From: Tubiluchus corallicola
Lineage: Eukaryota; Animalia; Priapulida
Direction: 5' to 3'
DNA length: 64,000 nucleotides
Assembly (NCBI GenBank): GCA_030141605.1
Contig: JAQGDQ010000545.1
Span: forward strand, 81,924-145,923
Shown: one piece after another, positions 14,521-29,174 of the stretch
Layout of the letters: every line of letters begins with the position of its first letter
Numbering within the stretch: position 1 is the stretch's first letter
Position numbers and translations under genes: made by a program
The notes under the pieces: generated by a model
Seen by the model: the letters and a program-made list of their open reading frames with translations, nothing else
Database searches by the model: none
Told to the model about the DNA's origin: nothing

Positions 14521-15607
14521 GTTTTTCGCTATTGAACTGGGCGGACAGTGATTGTTTGCTCTTGTTTATTTCAAATTAAATACTCATGTAAGAATCATTT
14601 TATAATGCAGAAAAAACTTGCAGTGTGTTTTATGTATTCGGATACATGTAGGACCTAAAATGGCTGCGCTGCTAAAGCTGTAAAAAATATTTCACGAATG
14701 TTTCATAATACAAAAAGAGAACAATTTATTAAATTAAATCTTTTGCAAAACTATGCTCTTAAGCATATATCTGGGTATTCATTTAAATCGTCTACTACAT
14801 CAGGATTTTCGGCAACTTCGGCAACAAAAATTCAAACATTTGAAGACCACCGCGACTACCAAACAAATATTTCTATAGTGTTTATATCTATAACATCATA
14901 TACATACATACATTATATATATATATACTAAAAAGGCAAATGTAGATGACCTTTATTAGGGCAATGCTGAGATTAATGCTTTAATGTTTGCTAATTTAAA
15001 AGCAATTAAGTTTTGCGTTCTGCACGACGTTAAAAGGGCAATAAATAAAGACTACACGATTTTGTCTCTCCGCATCATGGCCGACTAATTATTCGACTAA
15101 TAAAACTTAATGGACATGGAAAGGCAGTGCAACGCGAGGCACAGCTCACATAATTATGGAATACTCCAGCGAAAACAAAAGATGAAAACGTGTAATTTGT
15201 CAAGCTTACTGTCCTCTGAGCTGAGTGTTTTCCGGGCGCTTAGGGCAGTTGATAAAGACAACAGCTTCTGAAGTCTGATTAAGAAGAGAGCTCATCCTAG
15301 GACTTTTCGTTACTCAGCTATGCACAAAGAAACGCCGCCTTGCCTAACAGCATATAAAGAGCTTTTGATAATAACTTTAACTCGAACTATTATGTGGGTT
15401 TTAACCGTTTTACGTAAAACCGCTTGCAAGCCCTATCGTACGCTATTGTGCGGAAATATGTAACACCTAATTAACAACGATCATGGCAAAGCCACTTCAG
15501 AACAGGCTTGCCCTATTCAGACCGGGTGTTAAAACACATTAGCGTTATGCTGCCTTAGAAAGCCAAAATATTCATTAGGCTAGTTTGGCGCTAATATTTT
15601 TGCGCCG

Positions 15608-16060
15608 GAGAAATTCACATCGAAGTAAGTGATACAAAAAGAGAGATTCACATCGAAGTAAATGATACAAAAAGAGAGATTCACATCGAAGTAAATGATA
15701 CATCCAGAGAAATTCACATCGAAGTAAATGATACAAAAAGAGAGATTCACATCGAAGTAAATGATACATCCAGAGAAATTCACGTCGAAGTAAATGATAC
15801 ATCCAGAGAAATTCACGTCGAAGTAAATGATACATCCAGAGACATTCGCGTCGAAGTAAATGATACATCCAGAGACATTCGCGTCGAAGTAAATGATACA
15901 TCCAGAGAAATTCACGTCGAAGTAAATGATACATCCAGAGAAATTCACGTCGAAGTAAATGATACATCCAGAGAAATTCACGTCGAAGTAAATGATACAT
16001 CCAGAGAAATTCACGTCGAAGTGAATGATGCATCCAAAGAAAGTTACATCGAAATAAATG
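15608..16060. repeat. 33-bp minisatellite (gagaaattcacgtcgaagtaaatgatacatcca), ~13 units
   Basis: Contiguous units without spacers; 11-aa periodic ORFs. Confidence 0.95.
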
Positions 16061-16240
16061 ATGCTTACTGCAACGATCAAGTTAACAATACTCTTAGAGA
16101 AATTCACCCGGATTTACAGAAACTAATACAAAATATTTTCACATTTATAGGAGAAACGACATGCTCCATTGAGTCGTTTCTGTTAGCCTGAAAATAAATG
16201 TAATGACACAATTTTTAACATTTTCTATTTGGTTTTGTAG

Positions 16241-16308
16241 GCCCTCCATTGATTATCAAAGCAGAGATGAATGTAAGAAGCCTGGGGCCAGTGTCAGAAA
16301 CCAGAAAC
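16241..16308 (+). CDS. Cys-loop channel exon (beta1 / loop 2)
   Basis: ttttgtag acceptor and AAC|gtaagt donor. 68 nt encoding GPPLIIKAEMNVRSLGPVSETRN; phase joins both neighbours. Confidence 0.93.
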
Positions 16309-17744
16309 GTAAGTATTTCACAAAGTAAAAATATGCGATGACGTGTGATCAAGCTTGGTCGGAATCAGAGGGTAACTAGTGTGTCTAGCATTCATTTATC
16401 AGCACTTCTATCCTTATTTTGCGCAACTTTTTCCTTTTAGCTGCTCCGGGAGAATCAGTGTTTGCTGCATTTTGCATTGGTTCATTGGAAAACTGCTTTC
16501 ACTGAGCAGCGATTATGCTGTATTTAATCATTTTTGTAGGTTTCTACTCTGATACACTTTGGCCTCAAGTCTTCTCTATTTTTAAGGAGGAATTCCTGTT
16601 AAAAGGTGAAACGATCTTAATTTCTCTTAGGCTGACCAGTTGGTTTTTCCTGGAACTTGCCTTGGGCTGCAGCAAGCAGGAGCGATCAATAAAATAGTGT
16701 GTACGATCACGCAAGTGCACACCAGAGTAAGCTACTCAATAGGGAAAGTTGGAGTGCCTGAAGAGGGCGTGCTTTTAATAATTTTATCCAATTAAATCAC
16801 CACGCAAATCTTTAATCAAATAGAATGATTGGATAACTGAGATTCTCCTGAACAGAACAGCACCTAATTTGTAATCATTTAGTTATGTAGGTGCTCATAC
16901 AAAAGTCATAGATCTTATAATACCTATTTTGAATGGTGCAGTCCCGAAGTAGTACTGCCTAAACCCTCGGTTTTTGTTCTTTTTTTCCAATAATTACTTG
17001 GACGAGCTTACTATGGCGCAAGCATCTATACTATGGCGCAAGTTTTTATTCCTGGCTCTTGCCTTTAGTTATATTATATGCATGCTGTAATATCAAATCA
17101 TTAATATTAACTGTATATTTTTCTCACTGTTTCTATATAGGGTATGCTTGTATTTCCAAATAAATAAATAAATTCAAAGTAAATTCACATAAAAATATTC
17201 TGTATGCATTCTGCTGCGATTGAGATGTGGCATTTAAGACAACCTTGGTAACATTCCGTGGACATAGTCTTCTTCACATTTCATTGCTAGTAACGAATGA
17301 CATCTTAGATGGTATATGAGAGTTCTTAACAAGCTTACAAGTAATTTGTCACGTTTTGTATAACGTCGCGTCTAGACGCAAAACAAGCTTGAAAAAGTTC
17401 CTTCTTCAAAACAATGGTTGGCGACAGGAAATACGAGAGAGCTCTCATGAGACTTGTCATCATTAACAGAGAAAAATGTAATGCCCTTTATAGTCTCAAA
17501 CATTATAATATTTATTCAGTAGCTTTCGCTCTAGCGGGCCTTATAGAAAGTACTGGTAACTCAAGTTATAAAAGGCGTTTTCTCCGTCAATGCTTGGGGA
17601 ACTAATGTATTCATATCCTACTTGCTCATTTCTCATAAGTTAATAATTTCGGTAAGAAAATCATAGGAAGCATTTGCTGTTGTCACGATGTCCGATTTGC
17701 ATAAAAAATATAATGCAAATAACAGTAATTTCGTTTAGGACATA

Positions 17745-18263
17745 GTGGGTTTAAATTTTGATGATTTTTTTTCCAGTATTCTACAACCAACCATACGTGG
17801 TCGTAACTTTAAACTGTTTACGTCTTTTCCGAGATTAAGCGTCTCAAAATTTTCATTTGCTAACAGAATTGTAAACGTTTGGAATGCTTGGATTCTCATG
17901 TATCTGATGCTACCAGTTTGTCAGTTTTTAGCAATCGGTTAGTTAATGTTAATTTACTGCCTTATTGTAACTTTATCCGAAACATGTGAGATTGTCAATG
18001 GCGTAATTGGTTCTCTCCAAGCCATATTATTGTATAAAACGTGTTGTATATAGTGCATAATTCATATTTACTTATATGTTACTAGTAGCCTTTTAATGAG
18101 ATATATTAAATTTTAAGGTATTGCTTTTATTGATTTTATTTTTCTGCATCATTTTATGTTTTATAGGATTAGCATAAGTGCGCTTGCGCCTGCTGATTCT
18201 TTCTTTCATACAATTTTAATATACGTATAAAGGTCAATAAATAAAAATTAAATAAATAAATAA
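17745..18263 (+). mobile_element. CR1-like LINE 3' fragment with (TAAA)n tail
   Basis: IRGRNFKL...FSFANRIVNVWN, typical of the CR1 ORF2 C-terminus, followed by a 3' UTR and aataaataaa tail. Confidence 0.7.
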
Positions 18264-18445
18264 ATTGTCCACGGATAACACCTTAAGTATCTCATATCCA
18301 GGGTGGTCCCGATTATTATTACCCGCATGTTACTTGGTAAACCTACGCGCTTGGTCGAAGAACCAGCGGTCTTTAGTATACCTCAGTCGGTAGTTGAACC
18401 CGAAACCTTCCGAGAGGGAAGCGAGCACGCTACCATTAAGCTCGT
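18264..18445 (-). mobile_element. tRNA-derived SINE remnant
   Basis: Minus strand begins GAGCTTAATGGTAGCG (A box) and GGGTTCAACTACC (B box-like) at tRNA spacing, followed by a non-tRNA body. Confidence 0.55.
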
Positions 18446-19079
18446 CATAAACACATGTTACACATTATCATAGAATGCATTTGTATATCAGAAAGAAAAC
18501 CGCAGAGAGATCTGTATTGAGAAAATGAAAATGAAAAAAGTAATGACCCGTAGTAACTTCGAACAGAAATTTCAGCCTCCCATGATGAAAATTGTAGCCT
18601 ATGATTGCTTTCAGAAACAAATGTAACAACAACAACAACAACAACAATAACAACAACAACAACAACAACAACGTGATCGAGCATCATGGATCGTTTCTTC
18701 TTGATCCAAAAATTATTATTGTTGTTTATTTAATTTATTTATTTCAATTATTCAATTTAGGAAATCAAGCTGGTTAAATTAATTAATTGTCTGTATCTCA
18801 TCGCTCACTAGTCCTACCTGTGATCATTTAACCCATTAAAAGATGGCTGACTTGATGACCTTTTGGTCGGCTCGCTATCCTCTCTCTTTTTCACTTGTTA
18901 CTAGCAATTAGGCTTTACTTACTTGTAAAATATTCCACTATTGCACCCTTGCAGACTGGATGTGGTTATTGTACATTTTGTAGATGGAGAAAATAAATTT
19001 TAATTCAATTCAATTCAATTCAGTTGTTATACCAGATATATCAGACATTGTTGTATCTCCAAGACTTATTTTATCTTAT

Positions 19080-19445
19080 CAGTTTGTAGAGGGATGTGAA
19101 AGGGTTAAATGCGTAACACAATATAAATTTTAGCTCACGCACAAATATGTATATATATATTTATATACGTATAACTCAAGCAAAATTTATCCTGGTTTTA
19201 TCGTACATTTTAGCAAAAGTCCTTGTTCTTATATATTTGTAAATAAAGCGTGTATGTAGAAAAGTTTTTTCATTTTTAATACTTCCCTAATAGTGTAATC
19301 TAAGTAATCCCAGTGATTATGGACCTTAATTATAAATAATTCCTAAAATGTCTTATAAGCATGTCTGTGGTACATGTATTAAGACATGATTATAATTGAC
19401 CGTGCTGTATATATACTCTTATATCATGTTACACTGCAGAATTAT
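19080..19445 (+). repeat. Interspersed repeat family E
   Basis: Reverse-complement match to 2830-3250. Confidence 0.72.
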
Positions 19446-19881
19446 CGTTCTGCAAATATATAACATATATATGTATGTATATATATATATATATGGCACA
19501 AATAAGGATTTATCATCATCATCATCTATGACACTCGCGGCAGCTCAATACATGCTTATGCTGTTCACTTTTGCATTTATTCAGCTAATTATCATGCGAA
19601 ACAAACAACTGGCAGCTGAATTCCCATGTCTGGGACATGAGCGAGCTGCTTACACATGATTCATCAAAGCCATTCCTCTGAGTACGGCAACCGAGTGGAA
19701 AATAAATTATAAAATACCCGCAAGTGATGAACAAGAAAACGAAAGACTAGGTTATAATCAAGAATCTTTTTACATCGTCGGTAGTAAAACTCCGTTGACG
19801 AAAATTAGAACAGATTTATGTAACTCTCATCGTACCAAAATCTGTGTAATTTGATCTGATCGCTCGGGTTTGTGCACTATG

Positions 19882-20438
19882 TTAATGGAAGAACAAGTCA
19901 CTCAATATGTTGGGTTTATTTTACTGTTATCACTTAAACTTGGAAAAATATAACAAAGAATTTTCACAAAACTATCTATAAAGCATAAATATAAATTGTA
20001 CTACCCCTGAATAGAAATTTTCAGGCGTGACGGTTGACTTAAAAACTATAACGTTACTATGGGACTTCGTGACTTTTCGTAAGCGCGTCGTGGTTTTCCG
20101 TAAGGGCGCGCTGCTTAAACTAATTCAAACTGCTGCAGCTTACCTAATATCCTCGCAAAAATATTACAAAATTAGCTACCTATTTAACTAATTACACTAT
20201 TACACATTTGATTAAGATTGGTAGAGCGCTACTCTTCTTCAGGACAAATGACATCATTGGAAGAAGAATGGGCATTGAAATTATGAGCGCCCAAGCATGA
20301 AGTGATAGCGACCCTTTAAGTGATTTTACTAATTACACGAGGCACTTATTGCATTAATATTACCCTAAATCTTTCTAACATTCAGGCGCGAACATTGAGC
20401 TAAGCCTAACTTTCCAGAAAGCTTGGCCTTTCCTTTAA
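19882..20438 (-). mobile_element. Kolobok-like element family B, inverted copy
   Basis: Reverse complement of the 12967 and 50149 copies (ctgaatagaaattttcaggcgtg); ends tttcctttaa. Confidence 0.75.
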
Positions 20439-20955
20439 TTCACTTCACAGACACCGTGTTCAGAATGAAAAGATGGGAAAACACGAAATAACTAGATTAT
20501 GTATCACAGCCTTTTCGAGTTTTAACATAACAGTGCTTGTGGTATCATTGGCATTCTAGGGTTATATCTTGTTCAAGTATAAGCTGTCTCCTCAAGCGAT
20601 GAGTATGAATATTTAAATACAAATCAGAGCCGCTATTTTCTAAACTCCTTGGAGAAATTTTGTTTGCGTACGCTGCCTATTAATTTTATGGAATGAGCAG
20701 GAATAAATTTTGCTGCTGAGTCTGAGAGATTCTGTCCTTCGGATGATTACGATAATGAAGCAGTTTCTTTCTGAAGTTTTTCCATTTATTTATGATTATT
20801 GTTTTTAAATGAACGTCAAACACAATTTCTTTGACTAACCTTATTAGGATTTGATTTTGCGTCATTCCGGTTGCTGTGCGTATTTTGTTCCTTCATTTTA
20901 ATTTTCTACGTGTTAAAGCAACTGTCAAAAATTGTTAAAAATTGTTTTTGAATAA

Positions 20956-20958
<3 letters not shown>

Positions 20959-21035
<77 letters not shown>

Positions 21036-21107
21036 TGAGAGAGGGGGAGAGCCAGAGAGCGAGAGAGAGAGCGAGAGGAGGGACAGAGAGAGAGCGAGAG
21101 CGAGAGC

Positions 21108-21139
<32 letters not shown>

Positions 21140-21153
21140 CAGAGAGAGAAAGA

Positions 21154-21184
<31 letters not shown>

Positions 21185-21262
21185 GAGGGGGAGAGAGAGC
21201 GAGAGAGAGAGAGCGAGAGCGAAAGAGAAAGAGAGAGAGAGAAAGAGAGAAAGAGAGAGGGA
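20959..21262. repeat. (GA)n microsatellite
   Basis: Directly visible; similar tracts at 32640-32739, 36183-36398, 42335-42403 (CT) and 51127-51223. Confidence 0.97.
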
Positions 21263-21630
21263 GAAACTCAACAGCCCTGCTGTATTCTTATTGTCCCATG
21301 CTATAATTTCTCGTAGGTTGACTAAGCCAAGCGTTTTGTAGGAATTTGCTGATAGCTGTCTTCATTTACTCCGCTGTCTTTGATTAATAACACGCAAGAC
21401 GAGGTGGGAAAACTCAAGCTAGTAAGACAAATTGCTTTAGTCACCCCAAGCAAAGTTATCGTTAACTAAAACAATACTCCTTCTATATCTCAATAAGTAC
21501 GAAAATATTCGCCGTTTGTAACACGACGCCCTCTTGAGTTGGATCTAGCTGTTGTTAAATGCGATGGATTTACATGCAGTTTAAGCTAACTAATGTAACA
21601 GCATATGCAGTAATAATCACTGAAGTGATT

Positions 21631-22115
<485 letters not shown>

Positions 22116-24384
22116 TAGCATATGATTATAGTATATGGTGTATATCATCGTAAACACGCAACGATAAAAGAAATGTAGGGAAAATGCGGAAAAGAACACA
22201 AAGCAAAAGAAAAGAAAATTATAAACTATTCGGCAAGCAGTTTAACAAGCTTAACAGAGTATTACCATAGGAATTGGTGTGGCACGTGACAATGCTGCGT
22301 CAGAGCCCTGACATTCCAGGCACCGATTCACACAAAAATGTCAGTTAATCCCTCCTTGTATCACACCGCAAACTAGATCTATTATTATTTATTAGGAGGC
22401 GTTATCTCAAGTGACCATGCGTTTGAGGGTGAAACATATGAATCTTAATTTATGAGCGTCAACTGTTGCAGAAATTACAGCGAATATGAAAGCGGAAAAG
22501 TAAAATTCATGAAGACTAATGTATGTTTTATGGTGTGTTGGTCTTATAAAACAAACTGTAAATGGCGCGGAAATTGCGACTCGGGCGATATGCGTACAAT
22601 TAACTTACGGAGCTGAATTTATAAATCGTCTCCACGTGACATTGTCAAAGTCCTAATAATAATAAATTGGCTAATAAAACAGTCTGAAGGGTAATAATCA
22701 TGGGAATTATAATGTAGGAAAGGTTTCCACTATGAAAATATGAAAAGGAAGTGCCGAAACGAATGAAGTAGTCAGTGAGAGATAAGAGTAGTTTATAAAC
22801 CATGCGAACTGAGAGATCTAGATGGTCAGAGCTTCTAATACACAAAGATAGATAGATAATTTTTTTATTGACTGATATATATTTAACATATTTAACGTAT
22901 CTATTGGGTAATTGCAATTACAATTCACACAATACATATACTGTTTACAAATATATAAATACATACACATATAAAGTTATAAAACATGCACTAGGTTAGT
23001 AACGGCAGAATGAATACAAGATGAATTCAATAATTCAAACCATAGACAAAACATCAAACTTTGATGTATAGACCCAATGGTATAACAGTAATATTCAACA
23101 AAATTAAGTTATTTACACATATAGTATTTAATTTACATAAACGATTACAAATTTAAAAAACGAACTATATATATATATATATATATAAATTTATAATAAT
23201 TACATCCGGAACTGAAACGTCTTAAAACAAAATTACAAGCAATTTGAAGAATTACAGAATCGTTTGATCTTAACAATAATTTTAGTTTGACATCATCTGA
23301 TAAGCAAGTAAAGTTTGGATATAAAGAGCTAATTTCTGTATAAGGGTGTTTCTTAGCTGTTCATATCTACTACAGTGTAAAATCATATGTGTTTTGTCTT
23401 CTAGATCTTGTTTGGTTAGGTCGCATTGTGTACACTAGGTTTCATTGGCTGGGATTTCGTTAGGTTTATGTTGACTAACGGTTTCTATTGTGAGGGGGAG
23501 CTAATACGTAGTTATAGGAACTGATATGTAGCTAATACATAGCGATATAAACATAGAATCAAGGAGATGGTCACAGCAGAATCAGTCCATAAAAACAACA
23601 TTCGAAGTGTTCAAATTATTTTCCACAAAATTTCACTTATGTACCATTACAACTGGATGTTACATTCAGTTTTATAAATTATTACAGCATTATAATATGA
23701 TATATTTATTATAGTATAATTTAGATACTACTTAACGCCTTTGTTACAAATTCACACACCAAATTTGCTTCAGATTTAAAAAAATGACTGTAAATTTGAG
23801 AAATCTACATTATTATAGTTCATTCTCAAACTATGAGTAAGTGCACTTTCGCATATTTTATTCATCTGTTTCTATCTAGGTAACAATACATCAAAGTAGA
23901 AAGATGCTTCAACACAAACAACTTCAGGAAATCAGATTTGGGTCGGAAACTTTGAGATAAAATTTGAACTTGGGGCAAATTATGCAACAATCTAGTTTTC
24001 CCGCCTTTTTTCTCTAATATTAAAATCAAAAATAACTGAAAACCCCCAAAATTGCCGACAGTTGCCTTTAATGGTTTCTCTGCACTTTCTGTTTAGATTT
24101 CAGCCCTCAACAACAATTCTGTTGGTAATTTTTAAGTGGAGTTTAGATTTCTGAATTAATATCGTTGTTGGTCAAAATTCTGTCTTGGTGATAGCTGCGG
24201 GTGCCTTGAATACAATCGTTTTATATCGGAATATAAAACTAGGACTATCAGAGAAACATAAACAATGAAAAACAAAATAAACCTCGGCTATAAAGTGACA
24301 TTTTTGAGGTGTCCCAATGCAACACATGTGCTGGAGCATGGGGTATGCACTCCAACGTTGATGTTATACTGTTTTCACAGTCCC

Positions 24385-25106
24385 AATCTCCTCCAAGACC
24401 GCACTACTCAAAATAGGTCTTATAAGGCCTATGAATTTTCTGCTACTGTATGAGTACAGACATAACTAAATGATCACAAATTAGGTACTGTTCTATTCAG
24501 TAGAATCTCGACTATCCAATTATGCTATTTGTTTAAACACATTAAGTTATTTAACTGGATAAAATTAAGAAAAATACGCCCTTTTCGGGCACTCTAACTT
24601 AGCCTATTGAGTAGCTTAGTATTCTAGTATACACTTGCGTGATCGTACACTATTTTTTTGGTCGCCTGCTCACTGCAACCCTAGAGAATTATACTGTTAT
24701 ACTGAGTTCCAAAAAAGCAACCGATCAGCCAAGGACAAATTAAGGTCGATTCACTTTCCAACATGAATTTCTCCTTAAAACTAGAATAGACTTGAGGCCA
24801 AAATGTATGAAAGTGTTGTGTCTGGATAGTTGAAATTTTCTGCATTAGCCAACTTCACACAAGTGATACTGTACATTGTTGCAGTGGAAACACTGCAGTT
24901 ACTGAAAGCTTTGTTCAATTAATTCGTCAGAAATCGATTTTTAATTTATCTAAAGTAAGCAAATGCATTTCATATATAATTTTGCATGAAAATCCATTGT
25001 GAGCATCCTACAAAAATTATCAAATATGATGTAAGCGTTCCTTAGCGAGAGCAGTTATTCATGAACCCACGTAAACTGCAGCAAACAATTACGGTCCTGA
25101 AGGAGT
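24385..25106 (+). mobile_element. Family D copy
   Basis: Shares actcaaaataggtc, ttaactggataaaattaa, gcctattgagtag and ggtcctgaaggag with 54251-54860. Confidence 0.7.
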
Positions 25107-25213
25107 CAGTAAAGTTTTTTGTCGTCGCTACTTGTTTTTTTAAAATTGTCCCGAAATTCTAAAATTGGCCCCGAAGTCTTGAGTGTCAACAGCTTCTTAT
25201 TGTTTATTTTCAG

Positions 25214-25437
25214 ATCTACCAGTTTGACTGTTACTTCAGACAGGCTTGGCTGGACAAGAGGTTGGACTTTTCTAACAAGTTCAACGAGACACTTTCGGTT
25301 AGCATAAAAATCCTGCATAAGATCTGGAAACCGGACACGTACTTTTTAAACGGGAGAAAGTCAACAATTCACGCCATCACCACGCCGAACAAATTTCTCC
25401 GGATCTCGCCCAATGGTTCCATACAATACTCAATGAG
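25214..25437 (+). CDS. Cys-loop channel exon (loops D, A, E)
   Basis: tttttcag acceptor and AG|gtgggt donor. IYQFDCYFRQAWLDKRLDF...KIWKPDTYFLNGRKSTIHAITTPNKFLRISPNGSIQYSMR; the DCYFRQ.W and W.PDTYF.NG motifs are typical of GRD/GABA-A alpha-like subunits. Confidence 0.96.
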
Positions 25438-25478
25438 GTGGGTTTGACAAACGTAAAAAAAAACAGGACCCAATCTTA

Positions 25479-25679
25479 AGCTACGACTTAATCACGCATT
25501 ACGCCATGTGCGCGTAATGCGCGATTCGTAATAGGTAATGGATGATGCGCATTCAGTCGACAACCATCGCATTTGTTTGAATACGTATCACGCATCACGC
25601 ATTACGTACACACGCAAAGACTTTCAGGTGTTTAAATACAAGCTGCTGTACACGCATCACGCACATGGAGTCGTACCCT
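25479..25679. mobile_element. Small MITE with (cacgcat/tacgca) subterminal repeats
   Basis: ttaagctacgact ... agtcgtacccttaa termini; many tcacgca/tgcg motifs inside. Confidence 0.55.
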
Positions 25680-26175
25680 TAAACTCAAACTAAACTTAGT
25701 TCAAAACAATGTAATCTATAAAGTATTCAAACGAACGTACTGTTTTTTAAAGCGAAACCGGGCCTAATCTTACACTGTAGGTCAACACAATCTACTCTTT
25801 AAAATATTGAAAGAAAACGCACAATTTTTTCAAAAGTGACTTACATGAAAAAATTATACTACCACACAAACAATTTCACGTTCGCGCCACTAGTTCTTCG
25901 CTGTTGCACGTACTTCGCCATTCGCTAATTAGAGACCAACAAGCGTTCAAGACCTGTGTGGCGCAACGGAAACTATTTTTCCATACAGACAATTACAATA
26001 TTTTTACAGTTTTACGATTCTTTTACGGTGAAAATGCGCGTTAGGCAATTTGCAGTTTTAAAAAACTCGGCGATTTTGCTGATTTTACGTGTTTTCTCGT
26101 TGTTTTCTAGTTTAAATTAAACATTTATGAACGGACGTTGCTGTATTGTTTGTCAATCAAAATGGCTTCTTTCAG

Positions 26176-26258
26176 GATCACAGTTGAGGCGGCGTGTCCG
26201 ATGATTCTGGCCAAGTTTCCTTTGGATACACAAATATGTCCTTTTGAGTTTGGCAGTT
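26176..26258 (+). CDS. Cys-loop channel exon containing the Cys-loop
   Basis: ctttcag acceptor and T|gtaagt donor. 83 nt encoding ITVEAACPMILAKFPLDTQICPFEFGS with the C-x13-C signature. Confidence 0.97.
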
Positions 26259-26982
26259 GTAAGTACTTGCTTGTTTTTTTGCGTTAAACAAACGAAATCA
26301 AGAGCGAAAGGGGCACAGACAAATGGACAGACGGACCGTGAACGTGCGAACAAATGAAGAAATAAAAAATTAATAACTAAAGTATGAAAAAACAATACCA
26401 CCTTTCTTAAAGGAAGAAACAAACTTAAAACAGGTACCTCGAGTTTCGTTCTTGCGATCTTTGGAGCGTAAGTCACAAATTAAATTGAACGAGCCAATCA
26501 GTCCGGAAAAGCTAATGAAGAGGCAAACAATTGTATGAATAAAAAACAACAAAGTTACGAAAACAAACGAGATGTTAGGGTGACTCAAGTGCACCCTAAG
26601 ACAGTTATATGAATACTATTTACGACACTGTCTTAGAAGTGTTGTAAGACAATGCACTTAAGCACATTAAGTTACGACGCGTACATGAATCTGGGCCCAG
26701 ATCGTAGACGAACAGCCTTCATTGTAACTTGTTTTTCTGCAAATAGCTTGCAAATTTCATGTGTCTTAATTACACCGTTCCGTATGTATAACTTTATACT
26801 AAAATAAGGAAAAACTGAATTGAACTGACAGACAGCGGTCGGATTGACGGAATGACTAAACGAATACTCAAACGTTTGTAATGTACCGTTAATTACCTGT
26901 TATACGACACAATTTTTGTCATTTTCATCTGTTAAAAGCTTCCGGTCATCTCCACTAACCCTTTTTATTTGTGTTGTTGTAG

Positions 26983-27138
26983 ACGCTTACACAACCGAAG
27001 ACGTGGTTTACGTGTGGAGTAAAGGCAACAACGCCTCAGTGGTAAAAGCCAAAGGTCTTCTGATGTCTCAGTATGACCTCAGTTACATATCTTGCCAAAA
27101 TACCACAGAACCCAGCAAGAGTTTAGGCATGAATTCTG
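26983..27138 (+). CDS. Cys-loop channel exon (loop B, loop F, start of loop C)
   Basis: gttgtag acceptor and G|gtaaga donor. YAYTTEDVVYVWSKGNNASVVKAKGLLMSQYDLSYISCQNTTEPSKSLGMNS. Confidence 0.94.
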
Positions 27139-27699
27139 GTAAGAGCCATTTTCTTAATGAGATTATTATACTAGCAGCTTAGGTGCTGAAAGCAATTCTT
27201 AAGGTTAGATCAAACCGTTTTGTCCATTATGTATATACATATATAATGCACGTATACATATACATATGTGTTTGTATTACATACACAAGTACCATGTATA
27301 CAAGTAAAATAATTATGTATAACCAGTTAAAAAACTGCTGTTTGCAGTAGTGTTAAATACAAATGCCAATAGAAGCGACATCAAATACAAACATTTCAAT
27401 AGAAAACTAAGCCACGTATTACAAACGACTTCAAACATCAAACAATACATACAATTATATAATACAAATTCAAACGACATAAACACATAAAAACATACTT
27501 CTCAACACAAAAACCAATACACATAATCACCAATTAAAACCAATTAAAACCTACAACATACACAAACATCTCGCTAATTATAATGCAATATACATATTTA
27601 CATAACGTTTTAAGAACCAATTAGAACTAATTATGATTCAAGAAAAATGAAAGTTTAATGTCAGTTACCTGGATGGCATAATGAAGTCTGTTTTGTTAT

Positions 27700-27850
27700 T
27701 TACTTTGTTTTCTTTGTTGACCGGTCTGTTATTACTATACGTAACTTTTTTCAATAAAGTTTTAAAAGTAGAAATGCTATTGCTTTTTTTGTTTCAATGG
27801 GTAGGTCATTCCACAAGCTGATTATAGATTTACCTTTAGATTTGTGGCCG
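27700..27850 (-). mobile_element. L2-type LINE 3' remnant
   Basis: Minus strand reads SLWNDLPIETKK and STFKTLLK. Confidence 0.55.
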
Positions 27851-29174
27851 GATTTATTTTTGTATTTCTGCTTCTGCTTTTCAAAATATGGAACGGGAGT
27901 CAAGCTGTCAGACGGTTGGACAGACGGACAAACAGGCAGCCAGCTAACCAGCCAGCCAGCCAGTCAGACAGACCCATACATACACACAGACAAACAAACA
28001 GACAGACACACGGATAGATAGACAGACAGACGGACAGACAGGCAGACAGATACAGACATGCTTAGAAGAAAAACGGACATCGTTAATTCATCGTATAGGC
28101 TATTATACTTATTGCTTTCAAGTAAATCAGCAATATTGTGATGTGTGAAACATACTTGAAATTGAAAAACTATACCTTACTTCAGGTTGGCTGAAACTAA
28201 GAATAATTTCAAACGTAAACGTGTACTGGTTTAGAAATTTCTTTTAGAAGTTACAGACGTTTTCTGAATACAGACAGCTCAATGGACTACAGACAGCTAG
28301 GCTAGAGCAGTTGTATATGCCATGGACATTTAGTTGTGCTATAATTTACACTCAGCGTAGCAAATTGCCCAGCTTTCAGTAATGAACTGCTTGCAAATGA
28401 AACCAGCCATCAAGCTGCTAGTCTATCTTCATGCTGTCTGAAAAGAGGGATGTTTTGCAAGCGGCAGAAAATGTTTTTAATTAAAAAGAGACTCCAGGAG
28501 GAGCGAGAATGGATGGACGCTGTCAGAGGCAGCCCATTTTTATGCTTCTTTGAAAAATGCCGCTATGTTCGCGCTTCGCTTATAAGTTATTAAAGTCTGG
28601 CATAGCGCGGCATTGATTATCGATTTCTTATTGATAACCTGTCGTTTAGTTTCTACAATAGAATGCGCATTTTCAGTAAGATTTCTTCCGTGTTTTGTGT
28701 TTGATTTATGCATTTTATGTTGTTAAATAGTTCAATATTTTCCATAATTTGGCTATTAAACTCCAACAATAAGTCTGACCTCAGCAATTTTGACAACTTT
28801 ATCAATGAACGCATGCTCTGGACACGAACGATAATAAGCAATGATGGTTGGACATATCTTGTCTACTTTTTAACTTTTCTGTACGTATACATGTACTGAA
28901 GTACTATTGAATTTAATGAAGTACGTTATGTAACAGACTTACAATAATGTACTTAAGTTATAGCTCATTTTGCCAATGTATGTATTCTTCACAGATTAAT
29001 TGTTCTGCTAAAAGACTATTGAAGTTAAATAAAGAATCAGCATCCCTGTATTCAAGACGTATTCAATCTTTGTCTTATGGTGACACCAAACGCTCGAGTC
29101 GTCTAGGAGTTCTGTCCTATCTTTTCATGCCTTATCCCATCCCATCTCGGGGCATGTCCTGTCATTTCTCAGTG

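Noticed and set aside
15575-16107. CRISPR-like array or repeat-protein gene
   Set aside because: 33-bp units are contiguous with no unique spacers and no cas genes; the ORFs arise because the unit is a multiple of three.
18370-18445. Functional tRNA gene
   Set aside because: B box is degenerate and no clean cloverleaf or acceptor stem is evident; better explained as a SINE head.
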